DNA of 64,000 bases from Pedosphaera sp. (lineage in GTDB: Bacteria > Verrucomicrobiota > Verrucomicrobiia > Limisphaerales > SIBH01): positions 1-64,000 of the forward strand of contig JANOQV010000305.1 of assembly GCA_031414955.1 (NCBI GenBank), written 5' to 3'. The position numbers and the translations under genes were made by a program. Under the pieces are notes generated by a model. That model had not been told where the DNA came from. It searched no databases and was given only the letters and a program-made list of their open reading frames with translations. This document shows positions 12,626 through 22,313 of the stretch, piece by piece (position 1 is the stretch's first letter; each line of letters opens with the position of its first letter).

Positions 12626-12686
12626 GGCAGAAAGATTGATGGCGGAAAAATGAAACACCCATGTTTTTGCCATCAATTTTTCTGCC
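12626..12686. repeat. Short inverted-repeat element (GGCAGAAAAAT-type)
   Basis: 12626-12652 and 12660-12686 are inverted copies (23/27 match). Each arm has two GGCRGAAA-like units. Confidence 0.65.
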
Positions 12687-12749
12687 ACGGCTTTCGGTTT
12701 GCGTCCGGCACCCGCTCCCATCGGGAAGAGGATTCAGCTGCATAGCCCT

Positions 12750-12859
12750 AATCCCAAATCTCAAATAAATTCCAACGGCCCAAATTCCAAAACCAGGCGT
12801 TCGCACTCCCATGGGAGTTTGCAATTGAGAGCTTGTTTGGGATTTGGATTTTGGGTTTT
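12750..12859. repeat. Inverted pair of degenerate heptamer (CCAAATC-like) tandem arrays
   Basis: AATCCCAAATCTCAAATAAATTCCAA..CCCAAATTCCAAAACC (12750-12794) faces TTGTTTGGGATTTGGATTTTGGGTTTT (12833-12859). Confidence 0.55.
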
Positions 12860-13057
12860 AGCCCGTGGAACCAAACATTTTGATGCGTCGGCCCTGGGGG
12901 TCAGCTTGACCCGGTAATTCTCCGCGACAACGGAGTTGAGGATGGGACGGACGATGGCAGCCACCGTGAAATCTGCTGGATTTTTGCCGCGCGTTCCGAC
13001 GAAGCTGGAGCCGCTTTGGTGCTCCATCATCAAAAAAATTCTCCGACGTATTGAATC

Positions 13058-16000
13058 ATGAGTGTCCAGGTCTTCATTTGGAGTTCGGGGAATCGATCCG
13101 CTGAGTCGTGGTTGATTCAACGTCTGCGGCCCAAGCTCACGGCTTACCTTCGGCGCTCCCTGGCCTTGTTGGTTTTCGTGGCCTCCGTTCTGTTCGGCCT
13201 TTCGCTTCGCGCGGCCACGGTGCCGGCGGGTTTCTCCGAGACCATCATCGCTGGTCCCAACGCCGGGCTTTGGAACGGAGCGGTCGGCGTCACCTTTGAA
13301 AGCAATGGCCGCATGTATGTCTGGGAAGGTGCAGGGCGGGTTTACTTCAAGGACCCGGCGGATCCTTCGTTCACGCTCCTGCTCGACATCAGCGAGGAAG
13401 TGGGGTTCTGGAGTGATCACGGCATGGTCGGCTTTGCACTCGATCCGGACTTCCGCGTGAACGGCTACCTCTATGTCCTCTACGTGGTGGACCGGCATCA
13501 CCTGATGAACTTCGGCACGGGCAGCTACAATCCAAACACGAGCTACTCTTTCTCGGCCACCATTGGCCGGCTGACGCGTTACACCGCGAATGCGGCCGGG
13601 GGCTTTCGTTCCGTGAACACCGCCAGCCGGTTCATCCTCGTGGGCGAGACCCGGCAGACGGGCATCCCGATTTGTTCCGAGACCCACGGAGTGGGAACAC
13701 TCGTGTTCAGCGAGGATGGTACATTGCTCGTCTCGACGGGGGATGGGGCCAGTCCCAACACGGCGGACACGGGGGGGGCGGCGTTTGGCAGCTACGCGCC
13801 GCAGGCCTTGACGGATGGAATCATCCGGCCCAAGGAGAACATCGGCGCGTTTCGATCCCAGCTCGTGGATTGCTTGAATGGCAAAGTGCTGCGCCTCGAC
13901 CCCGCCACGGGCCACGGCGTGCCGAGCAATCCGTTTTTTGATCCGGCCAGTCCCCGCTCGGCCAAGTCGCGGGTGTGGGCCTTGGGCCTGCGCAATCCCT
14001 TCCGCATGTCGCTGCGACCGGAGTCGGGCAGTCACACCGCTTCGGATGGCCAGCCGGGAGTCTTGTACGTGGGCAATGTCGGTTGGGATCTCTGGGAGTG
14101 TCTGAAAGTGGTCACGGGGCCGGGCCAGAATTTCGGCTGGCCCATCTACGAAGGTCTGTCCGTGATGGCGCTGTATGACAGTGACACACTGAATCCGGAT
14201 GCGCCCAATCCGCTTTATCCCGCAGGTGGATGCAACCAGTACTTCTCCTTCAAGGAACTGCTCCACGAGGACACGCTCAACGCCGCCGGCTTCCCGCCCT
14301 TCGACAACCCGTGCAACTCAGCGGTGAAAATTCCCGCCGCGATTCCGCAGTTTCTCCACACCCGCCCGGTGCTGGACTGGAATCATTCCAGCGCCATCAC
14401 TCGCACCCCCACTTTTACTTCGGGCAATGCCACCATCGCGAATGTCGGCGCGGGCGGCTCACCCGTTTCCGGCTCGCAGTTTCAAGGCAACTGCGCCATC
14501 GGCGGCGCCTGGTACACCGCGACGGCTTTCCCGACGCAGTACCAAAACACCTATTTCTTCGCCGACTGGGGGCAGGGCGTGATCAAGAACATGACCTTCG
14601 ATGCCAATGACAAGCCATCCTCGCTCGGCAGCTTTGCCAGCGCCGCCGGCTCCGTCGTGTGCTTCGCGCCTCATCCCACCGACGGCAGCCTCTACTACGT
14701 CAGCTACAGTTGGGGCGACGCGGGAACGGTGCGGAAGCTGGCCTTCACAGGCAATCGCACGCCCGTCGCGGTCGCTTCGCTGAACACCAACTTCGGCGTC
14801 ACGCCGCTGGCCGTGCAGTTCAGCAGTGCCGGTTCATCCGATCCCGACGGCAACCCGATTACTTACTCGTGGAATTTCGGTGATGGCTCGGCGTTGAGCA
14901 CGGTGGCCAGCCCTGCGCACACTTTCACCGCCCCCGCCGGAGTGCCGACCAAGTTCACCGTCTCCCTGACCGTGCGCGATCCCGGCAACCTGACCGCGAC
15001 CACGAACTTGGTTGTCTCCGCGAATAACACGCCGCCCATCGTCGCCATCACCAGTCCGGCGAATGGGGATCAGTATTCACCCACCACTCCCACGACCATC
15101 AACCTCGCGGCCACGGTCACGGACGCGCAATCCGGCGACGGTCAGCTCTCTTATCTCTGGCAGGCCCTGTTGCATCACAACGATCACGACCACTTTGTCA
15201 CCACCAGCACCAACCACACCGGTGCTACGATGGTGCTTTCGCCCATCGGCTGTGACGGCCTCAACACCTACTATTACCGCCTGATCCTGATCGTGACCGA
15301 TCCGGCCGGGCTGTCCGCCACGCGCGAAGTGCAGGTTCATCCGAACTGCGCCATTACCAATCTGCCTCCCGTCCTCTCCGATCTGGGGAACCAGAGTGTC
15401 TTGCAAGATCGGTCCACGGTCGCGCTCCCCTTCACCGTCGGAGATCTGGAGACGCCGGCCAGTTCCTTGCAGTTGCTCGGAAATTCCTCCAACCCCGGAC
15501 TCGTGCCCTCGGGCAACATCGTGTTCGATGGCTCCGGTTCAAACCGCACCGTGACCGTGACGCCCGCGCTGGGGCAGGTCGGCAGCGCTACCATCACCGT
15601 CACCGTGAGCGACGGCGAGTTGATCACCAGCGATGCCTTTGTCCTGACCGTGAGCCTGCCGGTCACGGCCACCAGCCTGTTCACCAACGCCAACGCCATC
15701 ACCATTCCCAGCGCCGGCGCGGCCACGCCGTATCCATCCACCATCAACGTCGCCGGGATGAGCGGCACGATTTGGAACCTGAGTCTCAGCTTGAGAAATC
15801 TGACCCATCAGTGGACGCCGGACCTCGACCTGCTGCTGGTCGGACCGACCGGGCAGGGGATTATCATCTGCTCGGACGCTGGGAACGGGCCGGTGAACAA
15901 CATTACGGTGACAGTCACGGATGCGGCGGCGGGCGCACTGCCCAATGGTAATCCGATGACGTCCGGGACTTTCAAGCCCACCAACATCGGCGCTGGCGAC

Positions 16001-19000
16001 ACCTTCCCCGGGCCTGCTCCGGGCGGAGCGTATGTTGGAGCGCTCTCCAATTATTTCGGATTGGCACCCAACGGAGCCTGGTCGCTCTACGTTTTTGATG
16101 ACGGTGCGGGTGATCTGGGCAGCCTGGCTGGAGGTTGGAGCCTGAGCCTCACCACGTTGCTGGGCAGCGGTGGTTCGCAACCGCCGACCATGAGCGACAT
16201 CGCGAATCAAAGCACACCGGTCAGCACTCCGACGGCCGCCATTCCCTTCACCATCGGCGACGCCGAAACCCCTGCTTCCAACCTGACCTTGAACCGAAGC
16301 TCGTCCAATCCAACGCTCGTGCCGACCAACAACATTGTCTTCGGTGGCAGTGGCAGCAATCGCACCGTGATGCTTACGCCGGCCAGCGGTCAGACCGGCA
16401 CCTCGTCCATCACGGTGACGGTGAGCGACGCCACAAATAGCACGAGCGACAGCTTTGTGCTGACGGTGACGGCGGTGAACACGCCCCCCACCATGACTGC
16501 GCTGCCCGACCAGAGCGTCAGCGAGGACCAGACGGCGGCCGCGTTGAACTTCACCATCGGCGACGGCGAGACCGCCGCCGCGAGCCTGGTGCTGGGCAAG
16601 GCTTCCTCAAACACGGCGCTGGTGCCCACGAACAACATTGTCTTCGGCGGCAGCGGCAGCAATCGCACCGCGACCATGACGCCGGTGGTTAACGTCAGCG
16701 GCGTCGCGACGATTACGTTGAGTGTGAACGACGGTCAATTGACGGCGAGCCGCAGCTTCCTCCTGACGGTGAACGCGGTGAACGACGCGCCGACCATCTC
16801 GGGCATTTCCAACCAGACGATAGCCGTCGGTGCGGCCACGGGGCCGCTCGGTTTCGTGGTCGGAGATGTGGAGAGTCCGGCGGCCAGCCTGATCTTGAGC
16901 GCGGACTCCTCGGATCCCGCGTTGGTGCCGACGAACAACATTGTCTTCGGCGGCAGCGGCAGTAATCACACCGTGGCCGTCACGGCGGCGGCAGGCCTGA
17001 GCGGCAGTTCAATCATCAGCCTCCTGGTGAGTGACGGCACGAATACCACCAGCACGAATTTCACCGTGACCGTGAGCAGCCTGACCACCGGCACGTTCTC
17101 CTTCAGCAACGCCACGGCCATCACGATTCCAGTCACGGGCGCGGCCTCGCCGTATCCATCCACGATCCACACCTCCGGCCTGGGCGGAACGGCAAGCAAC
17201 GTGGTCGTGACGTTGCGAAACTTGACTCACACCTGGACGCGTGATCTCGACATGTTGCTGGTGGGACCAGGCGGACAAAAGATGCTGCTGAGTTCTGACG
17301 CCGGTAACGGCGCGGCGAACAATGTGACCCTCACGTTTTCGAACGGGGCCGCCGTGGCTCTGCCGCGCAGTTCCCTGGTCACGGGCGCTTATCGCCCGGC
17401 CAATTATGACTCGGCCACGGACGTGTTTCCGGCCCCGGCCCCGGCCGCGCCTTTTGGTGCCAGTTTGACGGCTTTCAACGGGCAGACGCCAAACGGAACT
17501 TGGGCGCTCTTTGTGTTTGATGATGGCAACGGTGACTCAGGGAACATTGCCGGAGGCTGGAGCCTGACGCTCACAGCGGGCACGAGCGGGGTGGCCAACC
17601 AGCCGCCGACGATCAGCGACGTCCTGAATCAGTCCACGACGATCAATACGCCGACGGCGGACCTGCCTTTTACGGTCGGCGATTTTGAGACTCCGGCCAC
17701 GAATCTCACACTGATCGCAGGCTCCTCGAACTCATCCTTGCTGCCGACGAACAACATTTTGTTCAACGGCGGCGGGAGCAATCGCACCGTGACGGTCACG
17801 CCGGCCGGCGGCCTGACTGGAACCGTAACCGTGACCGTGACCGTGCGCGATGGGACGAACAGCGCCAGCGACACTTTCGTGCTCACGGTCAACGCGGTGA
17901 ACACGCCGCCGACCATCACCAGCCTGACCGGCCAGGTTATCAGCGAGGATACGGTGGCCGGGCCGTTGAGTTTCAACATTGGCGATAGTGAGACGGGGGC
18001 GGCGAGCTTGACTCTGGCCCGAACGTCTTCGAACCCGGTGCTCATCCCGACGAACAGTATTATTTTTGGCGGCAGCGGCAGCAATCGCACCGTGACCGTG
18101 ACGCCAACGGCCAACCTGAGCGGCACGGCGACGCTCACGTTGAGCGTGAGCGACGGCCAGGTGAGCGTAAACACGGCTTTCTTGGTGACGGTGAACGCGG
18201 TAAACGATGCGCCCACCATCTCGGGGGTCGCGAACCAGTCCATCCCAGCAGGCGGGACGGCGGGGCCGCTCGGTTTCGTGATCGGAGATGTGGAGACCCC
18301 AGCGGCGAACCTCGCGGTGAGCGCAGGCTCCTCGAATCCGGCCCTGGTGCCTGCGAACAACATTGTGCTCGGTGGCAGTGGCAGCAATCGCACCGTGATG
18401 GTGACGGCGCTGACAAATCAAACCGGCAGCGCGACAGTTTCCTTGGTCGTGGGGGACGGCACGAACAGTTCCGCGACAAGTTTTACCGTGACGGCGAGCG
18501 CGCTGACTTCGGGCACGAGGTCATTCACCAACCCCACGGCCATCGTAATCCCCGATTCAGGACCGGCCACGCCCTATCCCTCAATCATCAACGTGGCGAA
18601 CTTCGGTGGCACGGTGACGAACGTAACATTGACGTTGCGCAACTTGAGCCACACCTGGACGCGAGACATTGACATGCTGCTCGTCGGGCCGGGCGGACAG
18701 AAGGCGCTGGTAAGTTCGGACGCCGGCAATGGAGGGGCCAACAACGCGACCTACACCTTGTCGGATGCCGCCGCCTCCGCGCTGCCCCTGGTGCAACTCG
18801 TCTCGGGCACTTATCGCCCGGCGGATTACGAAACGGGGGACGTGCTGGCCGCGCCCGCACCGTCCGGGCCTTACACTGCGCCGTTATCAGCCTTCCAAGG
18901 GCAGCCGGCGAACGGCCCCTGGTCGCTGTATGTCTTCGATGATGGTGGGGGCGATCTGGGGAGTCTGGCCGGTGGTTGGAGCTTGACCGTGACCACGGTG

Positions 19001-19252
19001 GCCGGGGCCGGCGACGTGACGAACTCACCCACCCTGGCTCGGCTCTCCATCGCCCTCGGGACGGACAAAAGTCCGGTCGTGCTGCGTCTGGAGGACGCCT
19101 CCTCCCAAACCTATCTGATCGAAACATCGGATGACCTCAACTCCTGGACGACGTTAGGCCTGGTGCAACTGGTGAACGGCACCGGATCGTTTGCGGATGA
19201 CGACGCGGATTTGGACACGGGCCGATTCTACCGGGCCAGAGTCGCGCCGTAA
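13058..19252 (+). CDS. Giant secreted protein: PQQ-dependent sugar dehydrogenase (GSDH-like) propeller, PKD, seven cadherin-like repeats and three proprotein-convertase P-like domains
   Basis: GSDH motifs (FALDPDF, LLVSTGDG, GKVLRLDP, ALGLRNPFR, NFGWP). PKD (YSWNFGDG). Seven repeats of type N.PPTIS..NQ…SSNP.LVP..NIVFGGSGSNRTVT. Three YPS.I.V…HTW..D.DMLLVGP…W.L.VFDD..GD.G..AGGWSL units. Confidence 0.88.
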   Translation: MSVQVFIWSSGNRSAESWLIQRLRPKLTAYLRRSLALLVFVASVLFGLSLRAATVPAGFSETIIAGPNAGLWNGAVGVTFESNGRMYVWEGAGRVYFKDPADPSFTLLLDISEEVGFWSDHGMVGFALDPDFRVNGYLYVLYVVDRHHLMNFGTGSYNPNTSYSFSATIGRLTRYTANAAGGFRSVNTASRFILVGETRQTGIPICSETHGVGTLVFSEDGTLLVSTGDGASPNTADTGGAAFGSYAPQALTDGIIRPKENIGAFRSQLVDCLNGKVLRLDPATGHGVPSNPFFDPASPRSAKSRVWALGLRNPFRMSLRPESGSHTASDGQPGVLYVGNVGWDLWECLKVVTGPGQNFGWPIYEGLSVMALYDSDTLNPDAPNPLYPAGGCNQYFSFKELLHEDTLNAAGFPPFDNPCNSAVKIPAAIPQFLHTRPVLDWNHSSAITRTPTFTSGNATIANVGAGGSPVSGSQFQGNCAIGGAWYTATAFPTQYQNTYFFADWGQGVIKNMTFDANDKPSSLGSFASAAGSVVCFAPHPTDGSLYYVSYSWGDAGTVRKLAFTGNRTPVAVASLNTNFGVTPLAVQFSSAGSSDPDGNPITYSWNFGDGSALSTVASPAHTFTAPAGVPTKFTVSLTVRDPGNLTATTNLVVSANNTPPIVAITSPANGDQYSPTTPTTINLAATVTDAQSGDGQLSYLWQALLHHNDHDHFVTTSTNHTGATMVLSPIGCDGLNTYYYRLILIVTDPAGLSATREVQVHPNCAITNLPPVLSDLGNQSVLQDRSTVALPFTVGDLETPASSLQLLGNSSNPGLVPSGNIVFDGSGSNRTVTVTPALGQVGSATITVTVSDGELITSDAFVLTVSLPVTATSLFTNANAITIPSAGAATPYPSTINVAGMSGTIWNLSLSLRNLTHQWTPDLDLLLVGPTGQGIIICSDAGNGPVNNITVTVTDAAAGALPNGNPMTSGTFKPTNIGAGDTFPGPAPGGAYVGALSNYFGLAPNGAWSLYVFDDGAGDLGSLAGGWSLSLTTLLGSGGSQPPTMSDIANQSTPVSTPTAAIPFTIGDAETPASNLTLNRSSSNPTLVPTNNIVFGGSGSNRTVMLTPASGQTGTSSITVTVSDATNSTSDSFVLTVTAVNTPPTMTALPDQSVSEDQTAAALNFTIGDGETAAASLVLGKASSNTALVPTNNIVFGGSGSNRTATMTPVVNVSGVATITLSVNDGQLTASRSFLLTVNAVNDAPTISGISNQTIAVGAATGPLGFVVGDVESPAASLILSADSSDPALVPTNNIVFGGSGSNHTVAVTAAAGLSGSSIISLLVSDGTNTTSTNFTVTVSSLTTGTFSFSNATAITIPVTGAASPYPSTIHTSGLGGTASNVVVTLRNLTHTWTRDLDMLLVGPGGQKMLLSSDAGNGAANNVTLTFSNGAAVALPRSSLVTGAYRPANYDSATDVFPAPAPAAPFGASLTAFNGQTPNGTWALFVFDDGNGDSGNIAGGWSLTLTAGTSGVANQPPTISDVLNQSTTINTPTADLPFTVGDFETPATNLTLIAGSSNSSLLPTNNILFNGGGSNRTVTVTPAGGLTGTVTVTVTVRDGTNSASDTFVLTVNAVNTPPTITSLTGQVISEDTVAGPLSFNIGDSETGAASLTLARTSSNPVLIPTNSIIFGGSGSNRTVTVTPTANLSGTATLTLSVSDGQVSVNTAFLVTVNAVNDAPTISGVANQSIPAGGTAGPLGFVIGDVETPAANLAVSAGSSNPALVPANNIVLGGSGSNRTVMVTALTNQTGSATVSLVVGDGTNSSATSFTVTASALTSGTRSFTNPTAIVIPDSGPATPYPSIINVANFGGTVTNVTLTLRNLSHTWTRDIDMLLVGPGGQKALVSSDAGNGGANNATYTLSDAAASALPLVQLVSGTYRPADYETGDVLAAPAPSGPYTAPLSAFQGQPANGPWSLYVFDDGGGDLGSLAGGWSLTVTTVAGAGDVTNSPTLARLSIALGTDKSPVVLRLEDASSQTYLIETSDDLNSWTTLGLVQLVNGTGSFADDDADLDTGRFYRARVAP

Positions 19253-19585
19253 GGCGAGGTTTCGATTTTGCCTCTTCCTTGATTTTGAATGACTGGCCGC
19301 GCCAGGCCTGGTGTTGAGCGTGCGAGCATGAACATGAGGTCTAGCTGCAAATTCATGGCTGGCGCACTTTTTCCGGTCGGCTCGACGGCAACGCCGGCCT
19401 GAGGTGAACCAGCCCGGCGCGTCCACGCTTCATGACTTCGGGCCGGCAGACGTGATGGACGATCCGACGAAGAAGGTGCAAATCCGGGCCGCAGATAGTC
19501 AGGTCGTTGAAGCAGAAGTGTGGCCCACCGAAAAGAAACTGGCTCCGACCGGGAAACGCGGAGTCCGGTTTGCTCCCGGGACATG

Positions 19586-19617
19586 AAAAAAGGCGCTCTG
19601 ATTGCCAGAGCGCCTTT
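19586..19617 (-). terminator. Rho-independent terminator of HU gene
   Basis: Minus strand reads AAAGGCGCTCTG-GCAAT-CAGAGCGCC-TTTTTT, about 15 nt after the HU stop codon. Confidence 0.85.
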
Positions 19618-19633
19618 CGTGAAAACGGAACGA

Positions 19634-19915
19634 CTACTTGAGGATCGCGTCCTTGGCCGCCTTGGCGACGCGGAACTTCACGACCTTCTTGGCCGGGATC
19701 TGGATCGTCGCGCCGGTGGCCGGGTTGCGACCGATGCGGGCCTTGCGATTCACCAGCACCAGCTTGCCGAGGCCGGGCAGGGTGAAACTGTTCTTGGCAT
19801 TCTTGTAGGCCAGCTCGGTGATGGATTCGAGAATCTCACCGGCCTGCTTCTTCGTGATGCCGTTTTTATCAGCGATCGCCGCGGCGATCTGGGATTTGGA
19901 GAGGGCTTTTGCCAT
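19634..19915 (-). CDS. hup: HU family DNA-binding protein
   Basis: 93 aa: MAKALSKSQIAAAIADK…FTLPGLGKLVLVNRKARIGRNPATGATIQIPAKKVVKFRVAKAAKDAI, with the GRNP.TG signature. Confidence 0.95.
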   Translation of the reverse strand: MAKALSKSQIAAAIADKNGITKKQAGEILESITELAYKNAKNSFTLPGLGKLVLVNRKARIGRNPATGATIQIPAKKVVKFRVAKAAKDAILK

Positions 19916-20104
19916 AGTGTCTATTGGTTTTTTGTTATGTCGTTTGTGCGTTTTGAGTCGCGCGACTCGCTCCGTATTAAAGCCCCATCGCAAAGTCGCG
20001 CAAGAGATTTCCTGAAAATTTTCCAATGAAATCAGTGTGTTCCTCACGGTCAGGAAACGAGCAGGGGCTTGACTTGATCCGGCAAAGCCAGAACATCCGC
20101 GCTC

Positions 20105-21187
20105 ATGGCGAGCCTGTTTTCCATTCGGGGCGAGCAACGATACGAAGTGGTGCGCAAGGTCTTTGAAGGCGGCATGGGCATTGTCTATGAAGCTGAACAG
20201 CACGGCGCGCGCAACTTCGTCAAGCGGGTGGCGATCAAAGTCATCCGCCAAAACTTCGCCACCCAAAAGGAGTTCATCGAGAATTTCATCGGCGAGGCCA
20301 AGCTCGTGGCCGACTTGATTCACACCAACATCGTGCAGACCTACCAGCTCGGCGAACTGAACGGTATTTATTACATCGCGATGGAGTACATCAACGGCCT
20401 GAACCTTGAACAGTTCATGCAGCAGGTGGCGGACAAGAAGAAGAAGCTGCCGCTCGAACTCGCCGTGTTCATCGCCAGCCGGGTCTGCCGCGGGCTGGCC
20501 TACGCGCACTCCAAGACAGACAAGAACGGCAAACCGCTGGGCATTGTGCATCGCGACGTGAGCTTCAAGAACATCATGGTCGCCTTCGAGGGCGACGTGA
20601 AGCTGACCGATTTCGGCGTGGCCAAGGCGGCCGGCTTCCTGATCGACAAGGAGGGGGAGGTGGTCGCCGGCAAGGCTGACTACATGAGTCCCGAGCAGGC
20701 GGACTTTCAGGTGACGGATCGGCGCTCGGATGTGTTTTCCGTCGGAGTGGTGCTGGGACATCTCGCTTTGGGGCACAATGTTTTCAAGGGCGCTTCCGCA
20801 AACGAGTCCCGAGATCGAGTGATGAAAATGCCCATTCCGGATTTCCGGAAACTCGACAAGCGCATCGACCAGAAGCTGGATGCCATCTTGCAGCGCGCCC
20901 TGGCCCGGGACGTGAAACAACGCTACGCCACCGCCGACGCACTGCTCTACGATTTGGAATTCTATATTTATCATTCTGGCTACGGGCCGACGAACGAAAC
21001 TCTGGGCAAGTTCGTCCGTGAACTGTTCGGCCTGGATCCCGCCGCAGCCACGCGCGACGCTCAGGGGAGCACGCGCCTCATTGAGCGCGCCGCACGTGTG
21101 ACCACGAGCGCCACCCGTGGCACACGTCGCACTGCGCGCACCGCGCGGAACACCCGATCGACCAAGAAATCCATTCGCATCTCCTGA
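20105..21187 (+). CDS. Cytoplasmic Ser/Thr protein kinase with basic Thr/Arg-rich tail
   Basis: EGGMGIVY, VAIK, HRDVSFKN, DFG, GKADYMSPE, SDVFSVG. No transmembrane segment. Confidence 0.92.
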   Translation: MASLFSIRGEQRYEVVRKVFEGGMGIVYEAEQHGARNFVKRVAIKVIRQNFATQKEFIENFIGEAKLVADLIHTNIVQTYQLGELNGIYYIAMEYINGLNLEQFMQQVADKKKKLPLELAVFIASRVCRGLAYAHSKTDKNGKPLGIVHRDVSFKNIMVAFEGDVKLTDFGVAKAAGFLIDKEGEVVAGKADYMSPEQADFQVTDRRSDVFSVGVVLGHLALGHNVFKGASANESRDRVMKMPIPDFRKLDKRIDQKLDAILQRALARDVKQRYATADALLYDLEFYIYHSGYGPTNETLGKFVRELFGLDPAAATRDAQGSTRLIERAARVTTSATRGTRRTARTARNTRSTKKSIRIS

Positions 21188-21263
21188 TGAGCCATCCAAC
21201 CGCCCGCCGCTGTGCGCCGCCAACCCTGCACCTGGCTCAAGCTGGGTTTGCTCTTAGCCCTCA

Positions 21264-22148
21264 ATGAAACCCAACATCGTTAAGGTGGGCCTGATGCAAA
21301 CCAGTTGCTCGCCCGATCCGGTCGCGAACCTCAAGAAGACGCTCGCTGCCACCGAGAAACTCGCCCGGCAAGGCGCCCAGATCATCTGCACTCAGGAACT
21401 TTTTCGTTCCCAGTACTTCTGCCAGAGCGAGGACCACGAATGCTTCAAGCTGGCCGAATCGATTCCCGGCCCGAGCACGGCTGCGTTCCAGAAACTGGCC
21501 AAGAAACATGAGGTCGTGATCATCGCCTCGCTCTTCGAGAAGCGCGCCGCCGGGGTTTATCACAACACCGCCGCCATCATCGACGCGGATGGATCTCTGC
21601 TCGGCATCTACCGCAAGATGCACATCCCGGACGACCCCTTGTTCTACGAGAAGTTTTACTTCACGCCCGGCGACCTTGGCTTCAAGGCCTGGCAGACACG
21701 CTACGCGAAGATTGGTGTGCTTATCTGCTGGGACCAGTGGTATCCCGAAGGCGCGCGACTGACCGCGATGCAAGGGGCGGAGATTCTGTTTTACCCCACC
21801 GCCATCGGCTGGCATCCGAAGGAGAAGGCCGAGCACGGTGCCAACCAGCACGGCGCGTGGGAACTCATCCAGCGCAGCCACGGCGTGGCCAATGGGTGCT
21901 ATGTCGCGGCCGTCAATCGTATCGGTCTCGAGCGTCCCATCGGCGGCGAAGGCATCGAGTTCTGGGGGCAGAGTTTTGTCGCTGGCACCTCCGGCCAGAT
22001 CATCGCCAAGGCCAGCGTGGACCAGGAAGAGAACCTGCTCGTGCCGCTCGACCTCGCCAAGGTCGATGTCACGCGCACGCACTGGCCGTTCCTGCGCGAT
22101 CGACGCATCGATGCCTACGGGGATTTGACCAAAAGACTGATTGACTAA
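21264..22148 (+). CDS. Carbon-nitrogen hydrolase (N-carbamoylputrescine amidase-like)
   Basis: Nitrilase triad QELF / YRKMHIPDDP..YEKFYF / ICWDQWYPE, plus YPTAIGW. Confidence 0.92.
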   Translation: MKPNIVKVGLMQTSCSPDPVANLKKTLAATEKLARQGAQIICTQELFRSQYFCQSEDHECFKLAESIPGPSTAAFQKLAKKHEVVIIASLFEKRAAGVYHNTAAIIDADGSLLGIYRKMHIPDDPLFYEKFYFTPGDLGFKAWQTRYAKIGVLICWDQWYPEGARLTAMQGAEILFYPTAIGWHPKEKAEHGANQHGAWELIQRSHGVANGCYVAAVNRIGLERPIGGEGIEFWGQSFVAGTSGQIIAKASVDQEENLLVPLDLAKVDVTRTHWPFLRDRRIDAYGDLTKRLID

Positions 22149-22199
22149 GAATGCGGCACATCCGGTGAGCATCATCGAATTTGTGAAGATCCCGGAAAT

Positions 22200-22296
22200 A
22201 GCGGCGCTCAAGCGACCGCACTCCGAACGTTGGCGCGTGTCAGCGGACGCCACGATCCTCGCGAAGCATTTGGAGTGCGGTCGCTTTAGCGCCGCT
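22200..22296. repeat. REP-like inverted-repeat element (GGAGTGCGG-type)
   Basis: AGCGGCGCTCAAGCGACCGCACTCCGAA (22200-22227) and TTTGGAGTGCGGTCGCTTTAGCGCCGCT (22269-22296) match 26/28 as inverted copies. Confidence 0.75.
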
Positions 22297-22313
22297 TTCA
22301 GTTGGGCTTGAGG

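Noticed and set aside
19404..19586. Small ORF between the giant GSDH gene and the HU terminator
   Set aside because: Short, with no family motif and no clear RBS; cannot be supported.
19634..21223. 529-aa ORF suggesting a large N-terminally extended HU
   Set aside because: The extension is the antisense shadow of the kinase gene. HU proper starts at 19915.
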